A stretch of DNA of 14,072 bases from a virus, in the IMG/VR virus record IMGVR_UViG_3300043446_004346, positions 1 through 14,072 of that record; one strand, given 5' to 3'. The notes below the pieces were generated by a model. The model had not been told where the DNA came from. It ran no database searches and saw only the letters and a list, made by a program, of their open reading frames with translations. Shown here in pieces: positions 1 to 5,607 of this stretch. Both the position numbers and the translations under genes were made by a program. Each line of letters opens with the position of its first letter. Within the stretch, counting starts at the first letter, position 1.

Positions 1-127
1 GCGTCAGGTTCATATTTAATATAATAATAACCACCACCGTATCTATTAAACATTAAATAAATACCATCTGCCCTTTGTAGATACGAAAAAGGTCTGCCTA
101 CACTTGATCCTGACTGAAAAGTAAATA
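1..127. repeat. Terminal overlap, copy A (identical to 13946..14072); signature of a circular molecule
   Basis: Read directly: gcgtcaggttcatatttaat...ctgactgaaaagtaaata occurs at both ends with no mismatch. Offset 13945 nt. Confidence 0.95.
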
Positions 128-224
128 ATATTTTTCTAGGTTGTTCAGGTTTGTCAAATGCAGTCAATTGCTTTTTAGCAATCAAATTAACCTTAAGCAA
201 ATCACCAATGTTTATTTCAGGCAT
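1..224 (-). CDS. N-terminal part of a 132-aa ORF split by linearisation (MPEINIGDLLKVNLIAKKQLTAFDKPEQPRKILFTFQSGSSVGRPFSYLQRADGIYL...); continues at 13771..13945
   Basis: ATG at 224..222 lies 1 nt after the stop of the 226..921 ORF. The frame stays open to position 1 and joins the 13771..13998 track ORF once the 13945-nt offset is applied (399 nt in total). Confidence 0.7.
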   Translation of the reverse strand, partial: MPEINIGDLLKVNLIAKKQLTAFDKPEQPRKILFTFQSGSSVGRPFSYLQRADGIYLMFNRYGGGYYYIKYEPD

Positions 225-225
225 A

Positions 226-921
226 TTATTTCCTTAACATTTTAAGTAAGAAATTAAATTGCATTTTGTCATTTTCCGCCATTTCGCACAATAACAATAG
301 ATCATCCCCAAGTTGTTCATCACATTTTTTAAGTCTTTCAATTGCATTTGCAATTTTTTCATCATTGCTATCAGCTTCAACACCTGAAACGTGGGTAACT
401 TTTTGTTGTTGTTGCGGTGTAACTAAATTTGCTACTACATTCATAAGCATTTGTCTTACTGCAGGGTTACCCATTAAACCTGATAAAAGATTATTTTCGG
501 GTTCTTCTTCTTCCTCCTCATCTTCTTCCTCTAATTGCATTTGAAGTGCTGCAATTTGACTTTTAAGTGCAGTTATTTCATTTTGCATTTGTGGGTTATA
601 CATTCCAACTTGCTGCTGCATTAAACCATAATTTGATCTATTAAGTTGAAATGTGATTGTATTGTGTGCTTCTTTTTTCTTGCCTTTATCTCTTAATATG
701 ACAAGTAAATATGTGTTTGTGTTATCAGGGTTTGACATTACACTAGCCAGTGCGTCAGAAAGATGCTGCCTTCCTGTTATTTTATCATCACCATCATAAG
801 AAAACCTTCTGCAGGTTTCATCTATTTTATGTCCTGCATATACTGAATATGCAGCTTCATCATACTGATCATAATATGACAGTACACCTTCTGCGTCGTG
901 TAGTTCAGGTTTATAAGGCAT
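226..921 (-). CDS. Hypothetical acidic coiled-coil protein (231 aa), possible scaffolding or assembly factor
   Basis: Long ORF in the structural block. It has a heptad-like stretch NEITALKSQIAALQMQLEEEDEEEEEEPE, no TM segment and no enzyme motif I recognise. The function is a guess from position and composition. Confidence 0.7.
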   Translation of the reverse strand: MPYKPELHDAEGVLSYYDQYDEAAYSVYAGHKIDETCRRFSYDGDDKITGRQHLSDALASVMSNPDNTNTYLLVILRDKGKKKEAHNTITFQLNRSNYGLMQQQVGMYNPQMQNEITALKSQIAALQMQLEEEDEEEEEEPENNLLSGLMGNPAVRQMLMNVVANLVTPQQQQKVTHVSGVEADSNDEKIANAIERLKKCDEQLGDDLLLLCEMAENDKMQFNFLLKMLRK

Positions 922-938
922 ATATTATACATTTAAAA

Positions 939-956
939 GTGAAAGAAAAGTGATTA
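939..956 (-). promoter_or_regulatory. Conserved intergenic motif, copy 1 (plus-strand GTGAAAGAAAAGTGATTA; reads TAATCACTTTTCTTTCAC on the coding strand)
   Basis: 18-nt string identical to 3498..3515. It sits between the stop at 963 and the ATG at 921. Confidence 0.6.
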
Positions 957-962
957 ATCCTT

Positions 963-1388
963 TTAAGCATAATAAACACCAAAGCAAACACTATAGTTAC
1001 TTGCTGAAATACTACTGTATGCACTAGGTGTTAAAATGTATGACTTTGACCATACAATTTGCTGCCCTGCAAATGGAGTAATTGCAAATGCGTATGGATC
1101 AGCACTAGATGAATTTGAAGCAATTCTGTTAAGTTCTAGTACTGGTATTCGGTTTACACTTTCCTTGTCATTATAATAAAGTACCAAGTAAGTATTTTTC
1201 ATATTTGCTAGTGAAAGCAAAGGGTTACCACTTAAAATACTGTTTGTTAATACGTTGGGAGTATATGTAACTAGATTAAGCATTGATACAAAACGCAATT
1301 GCGGTTGATCTGCAAAATAAAATCTTGTACCTGTGCTGCTTTGTGGTACTATACACTCTATAAATTCATATTGATTAACCTTATTCAT
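963..1388 (-). CDS. Small beta-rich structural protein (141 aa); candidate single jelly-roll capsid or penton protein
   Basis: ORF directly downstream of the 222-aa capsid candidate. It has no TM and is rich in V/I/Y/T/N/S, with short alternating beta-like segments. The fold assignment is inference only. Confidence 0.65.
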   Translation of the reverse strand: MNKVNQYEFIECIVPQSSTGTRFYFADQPQLRFVSMLNLVTYTPNVLTNSILSGNPLLSLANMKNTYLVLYYNDKESVNRIPVLELNRIASNSSSADPYAFAITPFAGQQIVWSKSYILTPSAYSSISASNYSVCFGVYYA

Positions 1389-1460
1389 ATCGGTTTTTTA
1401 CAATTTTAAAAAATAGGGCTTCTATTTTTAACGTGCCATCGCCCATTGCAATACAATTTA

Positions 1461-2129
1461 TTAACGTACTGGAGTAACGTTTTGTGCCAAGATACCACGC
1501 ATAACCACAACAATTTTTGGTGCAGTTCCTGCCTGTAGTGTACCAATTGCTGCAGGAAGTTGAATAGTCAATTGATTATTCTTACTACCTACTAAAACAA
1601 TGTTTGGTTCTACTGGATAATATCCACTTTCAGTACCATCATTTTGATCAAGACCAGTGTTTGCAGTACCAGTGTAAATACCAGTTTGTGAAACACCTAT
1701 CCACAAATGACGATAAATATCCCATGAAGGCATGATCTGCCTGTTGTTTACAGTAAGTTGCAATTGACCATTGTAAAGGTTATACAATGCTGCAGATGCA
1801 CCAGCAGTACTGAAAACAGTTGCGTTTGGATATGTATAAAGTGGGAATGCAGTTGTAGTTGATGCTGCAGGTGCTGCAACAAAAATTCCAATTTGAGCAA
1901 CTACAAAAGCATCTTGCAAATTAAGCAAATTGTTTGTTACTGGTTGATAGTTATTTTGGTTGTCATTTACCAAAATGGGAATATGATATGAAGTTGTAGA
2001 AGTACTCATCAAAACTTCACTTCTAAGATAAGACTGGCTAAGAATAGCTTGATTAACGGAAAAACCTGCAGATTGTACAAGATTTTTTGCGTTATCAAAC
2101 ACTAACCTAGCATTCATTTGACTTGCCAT
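1461..2129 (-). CDS. Putative major capsid protein (222 aa, beta-rich, jelly-roll-like)
   Basis: It lies in the centre of the structural block and is flanked by the only sizeable intergenic spacers in that block. It has no TM and a beta-strand-rich composition (e.g. AFVVAQIGIFVAAP, LQLTVNNRQIMPSW, KIVVVMRGILAQN). No sequence family was recognised from memory. Confidence 0.6.
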   Translation of the reverse strand: MASQMNARLVFDNAKNLVQSAGFSVNQAILSQSYLRSEVLMSTSTTSYHIPILVNDNQNNYQPVTNNLLNLQDAFVVAQIGIFVAAPAASTTTAFPLYTYPNATVFSTAGASAALYNLYNGQLQLTVNNRQIMPSWDIYRHLWIGVSQTGIYTGTANTGLDQNDGTESGYYPVEPNIVLVGSKNNQLTIQLPAAIGTLQAGTAPKIVVVMRGILAQNVTPVR

Positions 2130-2164
2130 TTTCTTTTAGTTTATTTGTTTTAAAATTTTAAATA

Positions 2165-2587
2165 TTAATAATCTTCGTCCATTCCTGCCAAAACAGAAAG
2201 GTTATCAGGTTCATAACCTGCAACTACCGAAAGATCATCACCTGCCATAACTGAAACAGGAATTTCCATAGCTTGATCAATTGCACCTAGTACATTTGTT
2301 GCTTGTAGCAAACCAAGTCCACCTGCTGCAACCATTCCATCACCGATATTTTTACCAAATGATCCTTTAATGATGCTAGGGAAAAATGCACCAAGTGCAA
2401 TTACACCTGCTGACTTAATTTTTGCATCAAGATTTGGTAAAATCTTAGGTGAACTGGTGATCATTCTTGCTGCTGCTGCACCTACCACAAGTCCTGCTGC
2501 ATCCATCAAAAACGATTTTGAAATTTTTCCTACACTTCTTCTACGAGAACGGCGGTAAGATTTTGCCCTTTTTCTTCTTCTTGCCAT
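2165..2587 (-). CDS. Membrane protein with polyarginine N-terminus (MARRRKRAKSYRRSRRRS), Gly/Ala-rich TM core and acidic repeated C-terminus
   Basis: Hydrophobic segments GLVVGAAAARMI, AGVIALGAFFPSII and GMVAAGGLGLL. The C-terminal near-repeat is DDLSVVAG / DNLSVLAG. Confidence 0.7.
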   Translation of the reverse strand: MARRRKRAKSYRRSRRRSVGKISKSFLMDAAGLVVGAAAARMITSSPKILPNLDAKIKSAGVIALGAFFPSIIKGSFGKNIGDGMVAAGGLGLLQATNVLGAIDQAMEIPVSVMAGDDLSVVAGYEPDNLSVLAGMDEDY

Positions 2588-2631
2588 TTTTTTTAGTTTT
2601 TAATTGGTTTTGTGATAACTATATCAAGATT

Positions 2632-2886
2632 TTATTTATTATGAAATTTTCTCATAGCAGAAATGTTTTCTGCATAAAGTTTTAATTCCTTTTCAGATAC
2701 TTTTTTTAATTTAAAACTAGAATAACTTCCAATTATTCTAAATACTGCAGGTTTATAACTAACCTTAAAAGCATTAATACCTTCAATCAATGCTTCTTCA
2801 GTATCAGCAAAAAAATTCAGATCATCACGATATGGAAATTTAACTAAATATCCACCGTATTTTATGTTTACAACTATATTGTTCAT
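2632..2886 (-). CDS. Hypothetical protein (84 aa)
   Basis: ORF with a 4-nt overlap (2883..2886) with the upstream gene. No recognisable motif. Confidence 0.55.
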   Translation of the reverse strand: MNNIVVNIKYGGYLVKFPYRDDLNFFADTEEALIEGINAFKVSYKPAVFRIIGSYSSFKLKKVSEKELKLYAENISAMRKFHNK

Positions 2887-3206
2887 ACAAAAAATTTTAC
2901 TTTTCCTATTGATTTAAAACCACTTACTACTCTAATATTAACATTATGGCTTTTTGTGTCAGTGTGCATTTCACTTGATGACTTCTTTTTTCTAGCTTTT
3001 ACTTTTGTAGCTTTTACTGCACTTTTCTTTTTTACTTTACCAACACTAGCAACTTTCGATCCACTTCTTTTTTTGCTATATGATATTGCCCATGCTTGTT
3101 TTACTGCCTGTGCTTGTGTTAGCTTAGGGTTTTTCTTCCTTAATTTTTTGGCTTCCGCAACTACTGCTTTGAATTTTGCCCTAGCTGCTCGTTGTTTTGC
3201 AGTCAT
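2883..3206 (-). CDS. Lys-rich histone H1-like basic protein (107 aa), probable DNA-binding or condensing protein
   Basis: AKQRAARAKFKAVVAEAKKLRKKNPK...KVKKKSAVKATKVKARKKK. Very high K/A/R content and no TM. Confidence 0.7.
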   Translation of the reverse strand: MTAKQRAARAKFKAVVAEAKKLRKKNPKLTQAQAVKQAWAISYSKKRSGSKVASVGKVKKKSAVKATKVKARKKKSSSEMHTDTKSHNVNIRVVSGFKSIGKVKFFV

Positions 3207-3209
3207 TTT

Positions 3210-3491
3210 TTATTTTTTTAAAGTTTTTTTACACCAGTGTAACATTTCCTTTCCTCCCCACAATTGATAAGAAATATAACCACATTTAGACTGATCACCT
3301 ACATAAACTTTTGCTCTTTCTAAATATGAATATATTTTATTAACCATTTTTTCATTCAATCCTTTTTTGTTGATCAACATTCTAGCGGTTTTTACACCAG
3401 TACTGTTTTTACAACTTCCCTTTTCCATGTTTAATATAAGTCCTTCAATTGCGTTTTTTGTTGCCTTTACTGGGTAATTATAATACAACAT
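3210..3491 (-). CDS. Small conserved phage-type protein (93 aa) with an ...ARMLINKKGL...YLERA...YQLWGG...W signature
   Basis: ORF preceded by motif copy 2. From memory, the signature resembles a module seen at the N-terminus of head-maturation proteins of tailed phages. Not verified. Confidence 0.6.
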   Translation of the reverse strand: MLYYNYPVKATKNAIEGLILNMEKGSCKNSTGVKTARMLINKKGLNEKMVNKIYSYLERAKVYVGDQSKCGYISYQLWGGKEMLHWCKKTLKK

Positions 3492-3497
3492 ATAAAG

Positions 3498-3515
3498 GTG
3501 AAAGAAAAGTGATTA
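3498..3515 (-). promoter_or_regulatory. Conserved intergenic motif, copy 2 (GTGAAAGAAAAGTGATTA on plus)
   Basis: Identical to 939..956. It overlaps the stop codon of the 378-aa gene and ends 6 nt before the ATG at 3491. Confidence 0.6.
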
Positions 3516-4649
3516 TTTTTTTGCTATTAAATAAAGTGCAACTGCACCACCAACAATAAAAGGCAAATAGTTTTTCTTACCTTCTGCCTGATTAAATATT
3601 TTATCTACTTCACTTTGTTGCACCTGTTGTAATTTTTCCCCGCTTTCCAATTTTTTTTCAACTACATTTTTAACTTGTTTTGCAAGTACTCTTTTCCCAA
3701 CTTCCCCTACTTCCTTTACATCAATTCCAATTTTTCCTAGAAATTCTGCAACTTTTATAAGTATTGGTGCTGCAGTAACTGTAGCTGCTGCAGGTGCTGC
3801 TGCAACAACACCGATCTGTCCTTCGCTAGGAAATTCAATGTCATCACCAAGCAATCTCTTTTTTGCTGCACCTTGATTAACTTTTCTAAGAAGTTCATTT
3901 GCATCACCTCCTAAATTGTTCCACCAATCCACAGTAGCACTTGCCTTTGTGTCAAAAGCATTTTTTAACTTCGTTGCTAATCCCATAAAATTTAGTCCAA
4001 CTAGCAAAAGAAATGATCCCCTTGCAGGTGCTAAACTTATTCTTAATACTGTTTTTTTAACTGGTTTTGGTGCTGCAGCTTGTTTTGCTGCACCTATACC
4101 TGATACTTGATATAAAGGCATATTTGGCTTTTTATCTATTTTATGAAAATACGTTTTTCGTTCATTAAATCTGCTAAGTACTGGATCAACAAAATATTCA
4201 TTTCCGTTACGATCTTTTATTACTACAAAAACATGATGCGGAATTTCATCTAATAATTTATAACTAGCAAAACGAAAATTTAGATCATTATTGATCAATC
4301 CTTTTCTTTTTAAGCTATCCAGTACACCCATTGAAAACAAAGCATATCCTTTGCAATCAAATCCATCACTAGCAAGTGCAAGTAATGCACTAGGTGACAT
4401 GATCCGTTGCGACTGATCACTCTCTATTTTGTAACGGACATTTTGTTTAAGAAATTTGAAAACTTTCTTTGCAGTTTGAATGCCATCACCTGCGTAAAAA
4501 TCTTGACTAATTTTATCATATTCATTTTTATACTGGTTATGTGCTTTCAGCATTGCAGTCATAATATCAGGGACTTGTTGATCACGCACCAACAATTTAC
4601 GTTGTTTTTCAAATGGAGTAAGTCTGCCTAATAATGCAATGCGATCCAT
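3513..4649 (-). CDS. Papain-fold (transglutaminase-like) cysteine peptidase domain fused to C-terminal membrane anchors (378 aa)
   Basis: Cys-His-Asp pattern: GFDC99KGYALF, about 40 aa, then HH139VFVVIKDRNGNEYFVD155P, which matches the transglutaminase-core layout. TM-like segments LRISLAPARGSFLLLVGLNFMGL and NYLPFIVGGAVALYLIA. The ATG shares 1 nt with the upstream stop (TAATG). Confidence 0.75.
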   Translation of the reverse strand: MDRIALLGRLTPFEKQRKLLVRDQQVPDIMTAMLKAHNQYKNEYDKISQDFYAGDGIQTAKKVFKFLKQNVRYKIESDQSQRIMSPSALLALASDGFDCKGYALFSMGVLDSLKRKGLINNDLNFRFASYKLLDEIPHHVFVVIKDRNGNEYFVDPVLSRFNERKTYFHKIDKKPNMPLYQVSGIGAAKQAAAPKPVKKTVLRISLAPARGSFLLLVGLNFMGLATKLKNAFDTKASATVDWWNNLGGDANELLRKVNQGAAKKRLLGDDIEFPSEGQIGVVAAAPAAATVTAAPILIKVAEFLGKIGIDVKEVGEVGKRVLAKQVKNVVEKKLESGEKLQQVQQSEVDKIFNQAEGKKNYLPFIVGGAVALYLIAKK

Positions 4650-5083
4650 TAAAAAAGTTTTGATGAATATTCAAACGGAATTATCAAACCATCAATGTTT
4701 GTAGTTCCTTTAATCGTATATTTTGCACCTTTTGCAAATGCACCTTTTTCGGTTATTAATGACAATAAACCGATATTAGGTTTTGCAAATACACTCAAAT
4801 CGCTTTCACTTTTTGGTCGAATAGTTTGCACACCAAAACTTGCAAAATCAGCAACATATTTTCCGTTCACAAAAACTTCACCACTTATTGCGTTTATAGT
4901 TCCAGTAGTGTTTGTAGGGTTGATTACTTTGAAAATAATTTCTATTCGCTTTGAAATTCCACTTCCTGTTATGCGAATATTTTTAAAGGATAATTTTGTT
5001 TTGTCACCTAACTGCTTTTTACCATATAACCAGTATATGATGTAACCTGCAAACAGGTAAAAAAGCAAATTTTTGTTTTTCAA
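4649..5083 (-). CDS. N-terminally anchored LEA_2 / WHy-like beta-sandwich protein (144 aa), TTG start
   Basis: TM LLFYLFAGYIIYWLY followed by IEIIFKVINPTNTTGTINAISGEVFVNGKYVADF...YTIKGTTNIDGLIIPFEY, the typical LEA_2 pattern. The ORF has no ATG codon at all. The start codon at 5083..5081 is TTG. Confidence 0.65.
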   Translation of the reverse strand: MKNKNLLFYLFAGYIIYWLYGKKQLGDKTKLSFKNIRITGSGISKRIEIIFKVINPTNTTGTINAISGEVFVNGKYVADFASFGVQTIRPKSESDLSVFAKPNIGLLSLITEKGAFAKGAKYTIKGTTNIDGLIIPFEYSSKLF

Positions 5084-5100
5084 AATTTCTAACTTTTAAC

Positions 5101-5108
5101 CAAAACTA
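5101..5108 (-). promoter_or_regulatory. Candidate Bacteroidota -7 promoter box (TAGTTTTG = TAnnTTTG) for the late structural unit
   Basis: Exact match to the TAnnTTTG consensus, ending 17 nt upstream of the TTG start (5083). The nearest upstream TTTG is only 12 nt away, so the -33 element is poor. Confidence 0.35.
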
Positions 5109-5114
5109 TTGAAT

Positions 5115-5260
5115 ATTTTTCAAAAAAAAAAATATTAGGTCGGAAAAGTTGAAAAGAAGGTCAGTATCTAGGTTCACTTTCCCCTGTAGGGGGAAAGTGA
5201 CCTGCTGCCATCTTTCCAAGTGTTTTTTGACCTTACCAAAACTGACCTGACCTGTCCTTG
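5115..5260. promoter_or_regulatory. Origin-like or regulatory hub: A11 tract, GGTCR/TGACC iterons and a GC-topped hairpin
   Basis: A11 tract at 5122..5132. GGTCG at 5138 and GGTCA at 5159. TGACC at 5198, 5228, 5243 and 5248 (tgacctgacctg). Hairpin at 5171..5202. Confidence 0.5.
5171..5202. repeat. Inverted repeat or hairpin: TCACTTTCCCC (5174..5184), loop TGTAG, GGGGAAAGTGA (5190..5200); extends to GG/CC with one bulged T
   Basis: Perfect 11-bp stem read directly. Its arms contain the half-motif CACTTTC, which is related to the conserved intergenic motif. Confidence 0.8.
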
Positions 5261-5270
5261 TTTCATCTAA

Positions 5271-5290
5271 ATCACTTTTCTTTCACCTTT
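5271..5290 (+). promoter_or_regulatory. Conserved intergenic motif, copy 4, inverted orientation (ATCACTTTTCTTTCACCTTT on the plus strand)
   Basis: The 20-nt string equals the reverse complement of 3496..3515. It is the only copy that reads TCACTTTTCTTTCAC on the plus strand. Confidence 0.6.
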
Positions 5291-5291
5291 G

Positions 5292-5319
5292 ATAATAAAA
5301 AAAGGGCAAAATTGCCCTT
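5292..5319 (-). terminator. Intrinsic terminator of the early unit
   Basis: Stem AAGGGCA (5302..5308) / TGCCCTT (5313..5319). On the minus strand it is followed by TTTTTTTATT. It lies 29 nt downstream of the stop at 5348. Confidence 0.65.
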
Positions 5320-5347
5320 CTCTTGTTTTCCAGTGTTGATGCTAATA

Positions 5348-5539
5348 TCAAAAATCGTTTCTAAGGTACCTGCGGTGCGAAAATTTGCTGCTTTTTGCAA
5401 AATATAGGTTCATGTACCATGCACCCTCTTTTTCGGCAAATTTGGCAAAATTTTCAAGGTGTGAAATATTGCGGTATTTTCTAGGTCTTTTTTCCTTGTT
5501 AGGTTCAAAAAAGACAATTGCATTATAAATTTGTTTCAT
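5348..5539 (-). CDS. Hypothetical basic protein (63 aa)
   Basis: ORF bracketed by motif copy 3 upstream and a terminator downstream. No recognisable domain. Confidence 0.55.
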   Translation of the reverse strand: MKQIYNAIVFFEPNKEKRPRKYRNISHLENFAKFAEKEGAWYMNLYFAKSSKFSHRRYLRNDF

Positions 5540-5563
5540 TTTTAAATTTTTTCTAATTTTGAA

Positions 5564-5580
5564 TTGAAAGAAAAGTGGTT
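5564..5580 (-). promoter_or_regulatory. Conserved intergenic motif, copy 3 (degenerate: TTGAAAGAAAAGTGGTT on plus)
   Basis: The core TGAAAGAAAAGTG is shared with copies 1 and 2. It lies 25 nt upstream of the ATG at 5539. Confidence 0.45.
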
Positions 5581-5607
5581 TTTCGTTTTCGGAAGATCAT
5601 TTGTCGG

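Noticed and set aside
1-127. Terminal repeat as a biological direct terminal repeat, LTR or att site
   Set aside because: The repeat is exact and 127 nt long. It cuts through the middle of an ORF that is restored on circularisation. There is no integrase or flanking host DNA. An assembly overlap is the simpler explanation, although read data would be needed to exclude a true terminal repeat.
1389-1460. Possible terminator or attenuator in the 72-nt spacer after the capsid candidate
   Set aside because: Only 4-bp stems (GGGC/GCCC, ATAG/CTAT) could be found by eye, and no convincing hairpin plus U-tract. I left it unannotated.
5339-5500. Short plus-strand ORFs (about 22 and 40 aa) in the 5339..5500 interval as products of the putative plus-strand transcript
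   Set aside because: They are short, lie antisense to the 63-aa gene and have no distinctive composition. A non-coding role is more plausible if the transcript exists at all.
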